This document shows, piece after piece, positions 16,424-25,879 of a stretch of 64,000 nucleotides of DNA; position 1 is the stretch's first letter, and each line of letters starts with the position of its first letter. Made by a program: the position numbers and the translations under genes. Location: IMG/VR virus record IMGVR_UViG_3300022664_000309, positions 1,160 to 65,159 of that record; one strand, given 5' to 3'. The notes beneath the pieces are model-generated. The model was not told where the DNA came from. It made no database searches and was given only the letters and a program-made list of their open reading frames with translations. This DNA comes from a virus.

Positions 16424-19126
16424 CTAAGAGACCTTGACCGCCCGATATATCTTTTTCTCAAGGGTGTTTTCAGTATTTTTCAGGATTGGTCTGTTTAGAT
16501 CTACCATGCCATAAACGGTATCATCAAGTAATATTCCTTCATTAAACACTAGCACACGGATGGTTTTATTTCCGCGACGCTTCGTCTTGACTCTCTTGCC
16601 ATCGCTGCTGACTGTTATGTAGCCTCCTTCTTGGAGCTGCCTGTATAACGACGTAGACGAGATTGTCTGCGCCTGGGGTCCTAAGACCCGTCTGACCGCG
16701 TCTCTGGCCAAAATGGGTAATATAGCAACCTTTCCCATGTCATTGTCACCTTCACCAAGACGCCATCCAATTATATTTAGGTCATTCTCGTTTTGGACTG
16801 GTCGATCAAGAACAACACACTTGCCGGATGATATCAATTCTCGCAAGGTTTCAACAAACTGGGCTGCTTCAGTTGCATTTTCCGTGGTCATTGAGGTTTC
16901 AATAAGCAATGAAGCAAGACCTTTTTCAAAATCTTTGTTGTATTTTTTGATCACGGTTTTAAGGGGAGATTCCAACAACAGTTCCCATATCATTTTGAGA
17001 ATGGATATTGTCGTCCCGACACGCCCAGGATTGATGCATCCCGATTCATTGGCCAAAGACACGAGAATTGATCTGTCTTCAATCCATCTATCCATATCTA
17101 TATTAATGCCTGATATGTAATTACACCACATCCTGCCAACGGCTACGAGATTTTTATTTATTTCCTGCAATTTTGTCAGGTTAGTCTTATTTGGTTCTGT
17201 AGACCATTCGATTGGAATAAGTCGGGCCATGGTTGACGCTTCCTCTGGCAAGTCCTCTCCTGTAACGATTAATGTTGTGGTGTGTTCTTTACTATCTTGG
17301 AGTCTGGCGTTTCGATTTGCTCTTTCTCTTTCCCGGCCTTCAAGAAGGACGTGAATAATGGATACGAATTTGGACGGACCGTCCTTTTGTGTCCCTTTGT
17401 AGTTGTCGATACCTGTTGGCAGGCAACCACATGCAGCAGCTATCAGTTGTATTGCTGTTCCAGTCGCACCTTCGCCCCATCGAAGTAGTGATTTTTCGCG
17501 CATAAACCCATTGCCATAGACGGCCAATGCGTGTTTTAGGGCCTCGGTTTTTAGACCACGACCAGAAGTGCCTATTAAAGCTATTCCGAAACGATCTTCT
17601 AAAAACCATCTGGCGCATACCGGGGATGCCAAACTGGTTGTAACAAGGATTGCTGCCTTGTCTGCTGGCCATGTTTTGAAGATCAGATCAAGGGCAACCA
17701 TACCAAGCTGTTCATCTCCAGTCGACAGGTCTGCAGGGACCCTGCGCGACAAATTAAACTTGAAACCATCATCATCCAACCCAGGTATCGCAAGCCGGTC
17801 ATTCACCCACATTGGCGCGTCTACTGATATCAGTTTTTTAACATCTATGGTCAGGTCTTGGATCATCTCAGCGCAGAGATCGCGAATTTTGTTTCTCGCG
17901 CCGAAATGAGACATCAAAATGCCGCGCAGCTTTCTTTTATCTGCAAAATCACGACCAGAAACAGTACATCTAAACCTATGGCCATCATTGCTGCCAGCTC
18001 CTTCAAGGGTAAACGTCGCCTCTCCACTTTCGTCCCTGGTTTCCTCTGTTATGACACAATATCCATCACAGACTATTGCTTTTACTGGTTTGTCCTCCTT
18101 GCCTTTTTTCAGGACTTTTTGATAGGTTCTTAGATCAGAATCAACGCCCGGCATGCCGAAAGGTAGGTCGTCTGACCATCTTCGGACGTTTTCTGGTATA
18201 ATTGGTGCAATGTCGTCGTCCATCTTTTTCACAACCACTGGTTCTTGTCGATCCGGGATATTGAATCCGCGTTCTCTCGCTATGTTGATCACTTGGGCAA
18301 GTTGCTGTCCATTTAGGCATCCATGCCCCGCCGCTTTGCAGGTAATGATCCCCTCTTCAACTGCCAACCATTCGAGTGGGCCGCCACCGCTTTTATGCCT
18401 AAAACAATGCCAACAATTTTTTGATGTGTTGACTGAAAAGTTTTTTCCATGTTTAGAATCATGCTTAGGATGACTCCCGAACACCTCGGAGCCTTTCCTT
18501 TCTTTGATCCTTAGTGGCCATGCAACTTGATCTATCGGAATGAGATTGCCGATTGAAGATCCACCGTGCGGTGTTTTGCATTTCTTGGATGTCCGTGGAT
18601 CTTCTTTTTTCACGAATGGCTTGATCAGTTCTAGTAGAAAGTCTTTATCTACGGTAGCAATAGGAACATCTGCAATCACTTTATAATAATTACCATTAGG
18701 ATGTAACGATCCTGGGCCAACGACCTGCTCACCAAGCGCCTGTATCTCCCCCAAATGCAGGGGATCTCCATCGAGGTCCTTCAACTCAGGGTCTTCGAGT
18801 ACCATTTTATCTTTGAAACCCCTGCATAGCAGATAAAAATGCTTTCCTCCGCGTCCTGTTTCCACCGTAAAAGTTTCTGGTATCTGATTTATGATATTTA
18901 ATTCTTCCAATCTTGGCAGGTCGTCCACATCGAAGACGATTAAATGACCTATTCCAGTGACAACGCCGTAATTATGTCCTTCAGCAAGATATCCGGCCAT
19001 TACAGGATGCTTATAATCGTAATTTGCGTCGGTCGTCCATTTGTAACCTATGGGCTTCTTGGTACCGTTTAGAATCGGGACAAACCTAAATCCTTCTTTC
19101 CGTAGCTGCGGAGGTATTTTATTCAA
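16424..19126 (-). CDS. Prim-Pol primase + Zn-finger + helicase (DUF927/Cch-like) replication protein
   Basis: NYGVVTG..FDVD..ETGRGGKHFY..VVGPGSLHP; WHCFRH; Walker A-like GTSGRGLKT, Walker B-like GIDN. Confidence 0.85.
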   Translation of the reverse strand: MNKIPPQLRKEGFRFVPILNGTKKPIGYKWTTDANYDYKHPVMAGYLAEGHNYGVVTGIGHLIVFDVDDLPRLEELNIINQIPETFTVETGRGGKHFYLLCRGFKDKMVLEDPELKDLDGDPLHLGEIQALGEQVVGPGSLHPNGNYYKVIADVPIATVDKDFLLELIKPFVKKEDPRTSKKCKTPHGGSSIGNLIPIDQVAWPLRIKERKGSEVFGSHPKHDSKHGKNFSVNTSKNCWHCFRHKSGGGPLEWLAVEEGIITCKAAGHGCLNGQQLAQVINIARERGFNIPDRQEPVVVKKMDDDIAPIIPENVRRWSDDLPFGMPGVDSDLRTYQKVLKKGKEDKPVKAIVCDGYCVITEETRDESGEATFTLEGAGSNDGHRFRCTVSGRDFADKRKLRGILMSHFGARNKIRDLCAEMIQDLTIDVKKLISVDAPMWVNDRLAIPGLDDDGFKFNLSRRVPADLSTGDEQLGMVALDLIFKTWPADKAAILVTTSLASPVCARWFLEDRFGIALIGTSGRGLKTEALKHALAVYGNGFMREKSLLRWGEGATGTAIQLIAAACGCLPTGIDNYKGTQKDGPSKFVSIIHVLLEGRERERANRNARLQDSKEHTTTLIVTGEDLPEEASTMARLIPIEWSTEPNKTNLTKLQEINKNLVAVGRMWCNYISGINIDMDRWIEDRSILVSLANESGCINPGRVGTTISILKMIWELLLESPLKTVIKKYNKDFEKGLASLLIETSMTTENATEAAQFVETLRELISSGKCVVLDRPVQNENDLNIIGWRLGEGDNDMGKVAILPILARDAVRRVLGPQAQTISSTSLYRQLQEGGYITVSSDGKRVKTKRRGNKTIRVLVFNEGILLDDTVYGMVDLNRPILKNTENTLEKKIYRAVKVS

Positions 19127-19201
19127 CGCTCTTTCAAACGCTGGGTCTATTCAGATCCCTCCGAAACGCTTATAAGTAATCAGTGACTTCTTCATGCTTG
19201 A

Positions 19202-19402
19202 TCACTTGTGACCGGGGTTTATCGCTTGACTCCGGCCAACTCTCCTGGATACTCTCTTATTATGAGCCCGGATGCCATCGATGAGCATTCTACGGATTAC
19301 TTCACCGGCTGCTTTGTCTTCTGCCTGCGCTATGTCTTGTATTATCTGGTGCGTCGCGCTATCGCACCGAACGCATATGGTTTTCTCTAATTTGTTGCGC
19401 AT
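19202..19402 (-). CDS. Ribbon-helix-helix (CopG-like) regulator
   Basis: TICVRCD...IA...GEVIRRML; directly upstream of the replication gene. Confidence 0.7.
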   Translation of the reverse strand: MRNKLEKTICVRCDSATHQIIQDIAQAEDKAAGEVIRRMLIDGIRAHNKRVSRRVGRSQAINPGHK

Positions 19403-19529
19403 AACCAACGGGTTGTACTTTGGGGTATATCAAGTTTGCGCGTGTAATACATTTTCACAACCGGTGATTCACCAACATGCTTATATACTATGCTATATTT
19501 GTAATATGATATCACAACGAGGTGAACAT

Positions 19530-19922
19530 ATGAAGACCAAGAATGTAAAAGTGTTTGACCAGGATGACATAGACTTCATGACGTGCCTCCAGGACATCGG
19601 TGTTGAAAGACGGCAAGCCGCAGTTTTAGCCTTTTTCAGGGTTGAAGAGGTAGGAACTTCTAGGGATATTGAAGTTACCGCGATGATTCGGCAACCGGAG
19701 GTCAGCATTGCCATAAGTACGCTGAGGAAACTTGGATTCATCAATGCAGAACAGCTCGTAGTTCCTGGTAAGAAAGGACAATATAACAACGAATATTCTT
19801 TGGCCGTCCCGTTATCAGACATAATAGACCACTTCTGGCAAATAAAGCTGAAGGAATGGGGAGATATGATGGATAACTACAAGAAGCTGTCCGAGTATGA
19901 AATTCGTCCTTTCTCCGGTTAA
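19530..19922 (+). CDS. Archaeal wHTH regulator (COG4738-like)
   Basis: TSRDIE..IRQPEVSIA motif typical of Methanomicrobia regulators; GAGGTGA RBS. Confidence 0.8.
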   Translation: MKTKNVKVFDQDDIDFMTCLQDIGVERRQAAVLAFFRVEEVGTSRDIEVTAMIRQPEVSIAISTLRKLGFINAEQLVVPGKKGQYNNEYSLAVPLSDIIDHFWQIKLKEWGDMMDNYKKLSEYEIRPFSG

Positions 19923-20160
19923 AAAACCCAACTGCAACTACATGGTCAAGCAGACTAAGCGAGCCATACTACTGGTTTTGATGGACGACGGGGCCCAGGT
20001 TCCGTACTGGGTTCCAAAATCCCAGGCCACCCTGAAGAAACGAGATGTTATCAGGATCGTGGATAAAAAACCAGTAGTTGTTGACCAGGTATTTGAAGCT
20101 GTAATTACAGATTGGTGGTGGAAACGAAGAGAACCGGCTAAACCTATGGGGTGTTATTAA
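19897..20160 (+). CDS. Phage hypothetical protein
   Basis: QTKRAILL...WVPKSQ motif. Confidence 0.65.
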   Translation: MKFVLSPVKKPNCNYMVKQTKRAILLVLMDDGAQVPYWVPKSQATLKKRDVIRIVDKKPVVVDQVFEAVITDWWWKRREPAKPMGCY

Positions 20161-20171
20161 AATGAGCATGA

Positions 20172-20560
20172 GTAAGCTACCCCTCCCCTTAAGGAGAGGG
20201 GCTTTCAGCAGCCCTGAGCAGATCTGTTTCAGAATCAGAGATCTACCCGAGCCTCCAGGCCAGCCTACGCGCAGCGACGATCTGCGGAGGTCCCCGTCTT
20301 GCGGGAACATTGGCCTCATGCTTGTTGAAGATCGCCTCAAATCGTATTTCAGCGATTCCCTTTCGGGCAAGAGTCCAACCAGCACTGACAGGATCAACGC
20401 AGAGCGGTTTACCGCGTGGGTGCCTAATGCGTCCAAGTCATGGAGTTGAATGTATGGATACTATATCAAGTTTATCTAAGGCAAAGCATGGCGAATATGG
20501 CAAGAAGTTGGCGGCATTCCTCCGAGGACTAAAGTCCTTGGCTTCCTGCCGGATCGGAGC
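20172..20560 (-). mobile_element. 389-bp non-autonomous IS200/IS605-family element
   Basis: Minus strand: TCAC|...GAAG-hairpin at the left end and AAAG-hairpin...TTAC| at the right end. Both guide/cleavage pairs obey IS608-type pairing rules. No transposase ORF. Confidence 0.85.
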
Positions 20561-20733
20561 GTGAAAACTATTTGGCCAAGGTGACACAGCCTGAAACGTC
20601 GGAAAACAGTAAAAAAACCGGCTAAACCGATGGAATGTGATTACGCATGAAATATATTCTGAAACTGATTATGGAAGGAGACTTCCCAGGGTCTCCGGAT
20701 CAGGAGTCCATGGAGAGTTCTTTCGTGGGAAGA

Positions 20734-21171
20734 ATGACTAGATTATTTTTTATTTTATTTGTACTTGTGAATCTGTCTGGCGGGTCACTTGAGTCTGACC
20801 TCGCGAGCATACCTACTTTTCCGTATATCGAAAACGAATGGGATTGCAGCGAGATGTCTTTTTTTGCTCAGCACGAATTGGAGGAAATGGGATATAATGC
20901 CCAGGTTGCTGTCTGCAATACCTATCCGAGACATGCTTGGGTTCTGGTTGTTACCGAGAAGAGAGTGATTGCAGTAGAAGCCACAACCATGGAGATTATA
21001 CCGTTTAGACCTGATTTTAGCCAGGTTTTCCGAAATTCTACAGATGCCATGAGACAGGGTATTCCGTATTTCGAGGTCGATTGGTGGAATAATATGGAAA
21101 TTGATGAACGGGATGCCTGGTTGTTGCGGAGACCGGGATACCCAGTGCCGATAGATCTCCGCCAGACCTGA
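20734..21171 (+). CDS. Secreted transglutaminase/papain-like Cys-protease-like protein
   Basis: Signal peptide; WDCSEMS...HAWV...VEAT. Confidence 0.6.
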   Translation: MTRLFFILFVLVNLSGGSLESDLASIPTFPYIENEWDCSEMSFFAQHELEEMGYNAQVAVCNTYPRHAWVLVVTEKRVIAVEATTMEIIPFRPDFSQVFRNSTDAMRQGIPYFEVDWWNNMEIDERDAWLLRRPGYPVPIDLRQT

Positions 21172-21286
21172 TTTTTTTCTTGATGCAACTTTTATATATA
21201 CTGGGTTTCTAGTTATAGTCCATGTCAAAAAATGCGGTCAGGTTCAAGTATTTGAAGCTGTGTATCCGCATATCCCGAGGAACGTT

Positions 21287-21691
21287 ATGACAGACAATAC
21301 TTTAGAATCCATGAAAGGGCCGATAGTCGTCGTTGCCCTTATCGTTGTGTTCGGCCTGGCCATCGCATTTGGCCAGAATATGTCCGATGCTGCAAAGCTT
21401 GTTGGTTTCGTGATCGTGGGATTGGTCTCGGTAGGATACATCACCACTCACCAGCAGAAATCCTTGATCGAAGCCCAAAAAAACATCCAGCCTCTTGTTG
21501 CAGAGGTGATAACAGATATCAAGGGAATGGAACCAGAAGCACGAGTAATCGTATCGAAACTTGAGAAGGGAAAGAAACCAACTGCGCAGAACATTGCAGA
21601 TCTCTATCCCGATATTGAAGAACTCATAGGCGATCTCCAGCAATTGGTTCCCGCTGCGCAGAAATCTATCGACGGGGTGGAAAGTAAATGA
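21287..21691 (+). CDS. Two-TM membrane protein (holin-like topology)
   Basis: Two hydrophobic helices followed by a charged tail. Confidence 0.7.
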   Translation: MTDNTLESMKGPIVVVALIVVFGLAIAFGQNMSDAAKLVGFVIVGLVSVGYITTHQQKSLIEAQKNIQPLVAEVITDIKGMEPEARVIVSKLEKGKKPTAQNIADLYPDIEELIGDLQQLVPAAQKSIDGVESK

Positions 21692-21957
21692 TAATCGAAA
21701 TTTTAGTACTAATATTCTTCCTTGGAGCTTCACTTTACCTGGCTTATCAGTTCCGGACTTGTGGCTACCAGATGGCAGATCTCAGGGGATCTAATGTGTC
21801 ACTTGTCGTTGATCTGGAAAAAACCCGCAACGAGAACAAACGCCTTTTGGCTGAGCTTCAGAAGACACGGGACGATTTGACGCTTACCAGAGAGGAATTG
21901 GAAAAGACCAGAGCAGCGTTGAATTCTTGTACGGATGCTATTAATGGTAATCCGTGA
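21688..21957 (+). CDS. N-terminal TM + coiled-coil protein
   Basis: IIEILVLIFFLGASLYLA followed by heptads. Confidence 0.75.
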   Translation: MIIEILVLIFFLGASLYLAYQFRTCGYQMADLRGSNVSLVVDLEKTRNENKRLLAELQKTRDDLTLTREELEKTRAALNSCTDAINGNP

Positions 21958-21984
21958 TTGCGTTTTGCCCACGAGGATGCAACG

Positions 21985-22824
21985 ATGACTAAACTATTTA
22001 CTCCGGAAGACATACGAAAGTATTTTTATGCTTCGTGCCTCCTTGCGGGGCTTGCTTTAATTGCGATATTCTACATCGTTGGCACCTGCGGATCAGGAAA
22101 CGTGTTGGACACATCCATTGTGGGTACTGGTACTGGTAGTATCCGACACGATTCCGAACACAGCGCCGACTTGGCTATGGCCGAAAATGCTTCTATCATC
22201 TATGATTATTCTCGGTCATGGGATGACAATGATAATATCGAAGTGGCCAAAAGTCAGTTTGTTGTGACTTCTGCGAACGGAGGATACAAAACGCAGTATT
22301 TGGTCAAGGGTTCGAGAGCTGGTCATAAAGTAGAGTATAGGGCCACCAAGATAGCTGGTAATGCCTCGTTTGCTTCAGAGATTTCCATGTCAGCCACCGA
22401 AGCAGGCGATGAGAGCCTAGATTCCATGTTCTGGTTAGATACCAGAGACGGATTAGCAACCATCCGTGGCCGTGTTTATAACTACGATGGCAGAAGGCCA
22501 GCTACTATCGAGGAAATTGATCAGGTTGGTAGATATTTGCTGAATTCTCACCTCAATGTCAGCAAAGAGCCCATAGTACCTGAAAGCTGGCTCGGGTCGT
22601 GCGAAGAACTCAATCGTGACATGATCCTCGATCCGACAGTACCGGATGGGTTATATATCTTGCCAGCCAACGATAGCAAGTACAATTACACCCTGGTTGA
22701 TGGCAAGATAATTCGGGGCTTGAACATCTCCCAGGGCGAGCCTGTCTTGGAGGTAGTATCCGAGAATGGGACCCAATCCGAAAACGCAGCACCGGCGGCC
22801 CGAAAAGAGAGGGCCGCCAAATAA
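21985..22824 (+). CDS. Membrane-anchored/secreted beta-rich protein
   Basis: N-terminal TM helix; GAGGATG RBS. Confidence 0.75.
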   Translation: MTKLFTPEDIRKYFYASCLLAGLALIAIFYIVGTCGSGNVLDTSIVGTGTGSIRHDSEHSADLAMAENASIIYDYSRSWDDNDNIEVAKSQFVVTSANGGYKTQYLVKGSRAGHKVEYRATKIAGNASFASEISMSATEAGDESLDSMFWLDTRDGLATIRGRVYNYDGRRPATIEEIDQVGRYLLNSHLNVSKEPIVPESWLGSCEELNRDMILDPTVPDGLYILPANDSKYNYTLVDGKIIRGLNISQGEPVLEVVSENGTQSENAAPAARKERAAK

Positions 22825-22891
22825 ACAATCTTCTGACCGAAAAGGTTATACCTGCTTAATACCTAGAATAAGTATCCTCGGAGGATAAAAA

Positions 22892-23599
22892 ATGAGACAG
22901 ATATATCTGTTGGTCGCGATTTTCGCGATATTTGGTATCGTAGGAGGCTCTGCCCTTGCCGCAGAGCTGAAGAACACTGTTACCGTCACTGGTAATGATT
23001 CTACTGGTGGGATGGTAAGCAACCAGTCTGCCGCGTCCATCGTAGTCAATGAGACGGCATCCGGCGCTTTCCTGAAGGATGTTGAGAAGAAGACCTACAA
23101 GCCCGGTGAGATGGCAAATTACACTTTCAGGCTATCTAATACCGGAACTGCAAAGCTCTCTGGTATCAAGGTAGTTGACGACCTGCTCGGGCCTATAAAC
23201 ATGGATGTATCCGAGATAGGTCCTGGCGAGTATGCTGAAGGAACTGCTCAGATGCCAGTCACTGAAGCTATGCTCCCTGGTCCTATTATCAACTATGCGG
23301 TTGCTACCATGAATGGGGCAGGTCAGACCATCACCCTCAATGCTAGCGCAGCGTTCGAGATCGAGGCCATTCCTGACATCAAGATCACCAAGCTGACGGA
23401 CGTGAGTTCTGCCGATATTGGAAAAGAGGTAATATATACCTTCACCATCGAGAACGTTGGTAGCCGGACTCTCTATGATATCAAGGCAATAGATGACAAG
23501 CTTGGCGAGCTGGAATTGCCGCAGACTACACTAGCACCCGGGGAGGTCATCACTGTCACAAAAAACCACGTAGTGACGGTTGAGGACATCGAGGCCTAG
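22892..23599 (+). CDS. Secreted protein with two Ig-like (DUF11/DUF7507-like) repeats
   Basis: Signal peptide; YTF.(L/I).N.G...L..I...DD.LG repeated twice. Confidence 0.8.
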   Translation: MRQIYLLVAIFAIFGIVGGSALAAELKNTVTVTGNDSTGGMVSNQSAASIVVNETASGAFLKDVEKKTYKPGEMANYTFRLSNTGTAKLSGIKVVDDLLGPINMDVSEIGPGEYAEGTAQMPVTEAMLPGPIINYAVATMNGAGQTITLNASAAFEIEAIPDIKITKLTDVSSADIGKEVIYTFTIENVGSRTLYDIKAIDDKLGELELPQTTLAPGEVITVTKNHVVTVEDIEA

Positions 23600-23602
23600 A
23601 GC

Positions 23603-23689
23603 ATGTACGAGCTAGAAGCCCTGGGTGCCACGCTGGGCTTCTGGATCATGCTATTTTTATTTATCTACATTTTTTGGCCAAGGCGATGA
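23603..23689 (+). CDS. 28-aa TM peptide
   Basis: MYELEALGATLGFWIMLFLFIYIFWPRR. Confidence 0.55.
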   Translation: MYELEALGATLGFWIMLFLFIYIFWPRR

Positions 23690-23799
23690 CTACCGATTTC
23701 CAGAAAATCCTGGCTGTACTTGTCAGCGTGGTGTCAGTCCTTGCCGGGGTAGTGACGATAGCCAGCTATCTATCAGGCGAGGACGTTGTGAATAAATAA
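23686..23799 (+). CDS. 37-aa TM peptide
   Basis: MTTDFQKILAVLVSVVSVLAGVVTIASYL; ATGA overlap; T-tract terminator follows. Confidence 0.55.
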   Translation: MTTDFQKILAVLVSVVSVLAGVVTIASYLSGEDVVNK

Positions 23800-23887
23800 G
23801 GTACACTTTCTTTTTTACATAAACTTTTTTTTTTACAAAAACATATAAGTATCACGATGAACATCTTCTATCTTGGAGGATACAAAT

Positions 23888-24124
23888 ATGGCATTTATAC
23901 CCCTCGGAGAGACCGCCAATGCTGGTCTCGTGATGTCCGGGTACGGCAAGCCGTACCTGAAGAGAGCAAGCTATGCGAAAGGATATAATCCTGAACATCT
24001 GAAGGCATACCAGGCTGCCTTTTCTACCGCTTCCAAGGAGTGCTCGGCTGCAACTCGTGGAATGACCGGGATGGAACGCGCCAAGGCTAAGTCTGCCTGC
24101 ATGTCTGGTGCTCTGAAGAGGTAG
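23888..24124 (+). CDS. Small basic Ala-rich protein, possible nucleoprotein
   Basis: Own TATA-like box, GGAGGA RBS and downstream T-tracts. Confidence 0.7.
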   Translation: MAFIPLGETANAGLVMSGYGKPYLKRASYAKGYNPEHLKAYQAAFSTASKECSAATRGMTGMERAKAKSACMSGALKR

Positions 24125-24271
24125 GGATCTTATCCCTCCTTCTTCTCAAAATCTCTAAGTCTTTTTTGTCCCTTTGTTTCAGACGCTATTTTTGATCTGC
24201 CGTATATGGTGCGCAGTGTTTCCATCATGCGTTTAGTCCTTTCGAGCGATGTAGCCCCCTCTTTTAGCATG

Positions 24272-25879
24272 TTATTTCCTCCATATTATCGCGTCTCTGA
24301 ACCACGGTTCCAATAGATTCTTGTTCTGCGAATAAAAAAACCCGAAGTTTGAGTCCAGAATATATGTCTTGCTGAAATCATCAGGGTCTCTGGTTGTTCT
24401 CCCAGCTGCTTGTTGGATTGCTACAGCTGTTGTCAATCTATACCACTTGTCGATGTTTAACTCTGCCTTGTCAGTTTCATTTCTTTTGATAACCCATTCA
24501 TCACCAAGTGATGGATATGGAACCTTCGCGATGATGTTTCGTTGGAAGTTTTCTCCTTTCAGGTTGATTCCCTCAGCGTAGTTCACTGATAGGAAAATAC
24601 ATTCCTTGGATCTCATGAATTGCCGCAGTGCATCTTCGCGATGTCCGGGGGTTTGCAGTAGAACCTTTGGATGCCTCATGTTGTCCTTCAATTTTTGTGC
24701 AATGCCATATGAGTGGCAATGCACTATGGTTTGTCTCGGGTATTCCTTGTGTATCTCCAATATACGCCGCGCCATATTTGGCACGGTGTTATCTATATTG
24801 CTTCGACTCATCTTTCCAATAGGTTCGTAATATATTAACCTATTTTTCTTAGGAATAGGATGAATAGACTCGACTCGCGAATAGTTCCGGCAGATGAGAG
24901 AGGTTGTTGGGGTTCCTGAACTCATGATAACCATCTTCACTCGACTGGCCATGCTGTTAAAAGGATACTCCCCTCTGATGAGCTTGAGGTTTCGGTCCTT
25001 GTCAATGAAGTATGCCTTTTCATTGCTGGATATTACCTGCAATATCCTCCCACATTTGGCGACCTGCCTTTCGATTTTGGTCAGTTTGGTCGTGACATAT
25101 CGTATATCATTAAGAAGCCTGGTGTTGTTGGTTGCACTCAGGTTCATGCTTTCAAGCATTTCGGTGTAATTTTCAGATTCCTCTTCAAGAGAAATCATCC
25201 ATTGATGAATTGAATCCGTAAGATTTTTGAGATCTATTTTTTCTGGCAGAGCTATTCCAAAGTGGTTGAGAAGTTTATCCTCCAAGCTTGCCGATTCATC
25301 AATGATGAGTATATCTGCCGACGCCCGGTTATATATGAAAAAATCAAGGGTACACGCTGCCAAGTTAGAATATCTGAATTGGTTCTTGGCCAGTATGTAG
25401 GGGCACTTATTGCAGATTTTCGGCTTTTGTTTTGCCAGGCTTGCCGACCGAAACGGGCAATCAGATGCATCCAGACCTTCGAGTAGTAGGCAGTCATAGT
25501 TACTTTTCCCGAGAACTACCGGAATGCCCAACTGTTCGTCTTCTTCAATTTGGTAGACCAAAGCTTTCAGTGGGGTGGTATATACTACTTTTTTAATTTC
25601 ATCCGGATATAATTCCAACAACGCTTTTCCAGCTGCACGATTAATTATGGTCTTGCCCGATCCGGTTGGGCTTGGCAATTCAACTATTTTTGAATTTATT
25701 TCTCCAGATCTTATTTTTTCATATGTACTTAATATTGATTCAATTGCTTCTTTCTGTCCTACTCTGTATGAAGGATATACGTTATATTTATTCAAGTCCA
25801 CAATCTTTAAATCCTGGCATGGCTTGTTATTATTGGTAGCCGTGACCATTTCTAGTTTAGTTCCCTCCACGGCTATCAT
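24272..25879 (-). CDS. XPD/DinG-like SF2 helicase
   Basis: YRVGQ, SPTGSGKT, four Fe-S-type Cys, IIDES, EGINL, QAAGRTTR. Confidence 0.85.
   Translation of the reverse strand: MIAVEGTKLEMVTATNNNKPCQDLKIVDLNKYNVYPSYRVGQKEAIESILSTYEKIRSGEINSKIVELPSPTGSGKTIINRAAGKALLELYPDEIKKVVYTTPLKALVYQIEEDEQLGIPVVLGKSNYDCLLLEGLDASDCPFRSASLAKQKPKICNKCPYILAKNQFRYSNLAACTLDFFIYNRASADILIIDESASLEDKLLNHFGIALPEKIDLKNLTDSIHQWMISLEEESENYTEMLESMNLSATNNTRLLNDIRYVTTKLTKIERQVAKCGRILQVISSNEKAYFIDKDRNLKLIRGEYPFNSMASRVKMVIMSSGTPTTSLICRNYSRVESIHPIPKKNRLIYYEPIGKMSRSNIDNTVPNMARRILEIHKEYPRQTIVHCHSYGIAQKLKDNMRHPKVLLQTPGHREDALRQFMRSKECIFLSVNYAEGINLKGENFQRNIIAKVPYPSLGDEWVIKRNETDKAELNIDKWYRLTTAVAIQQAAGRTTRDPDDFSKTYILDSNFGFFYSQNKNLLEPWFRDAIIWRK

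Noticed and set aside
19969..20564. ORFs 20162..20449, 20310..20564 and 19969..20436 as transposase or TnpB
   Set aside because: No HUH/Y1 or RuvC motifs; they are read-throughs of the IS ends. A faint TnpB-like tail in one minus frame is too weak to call.
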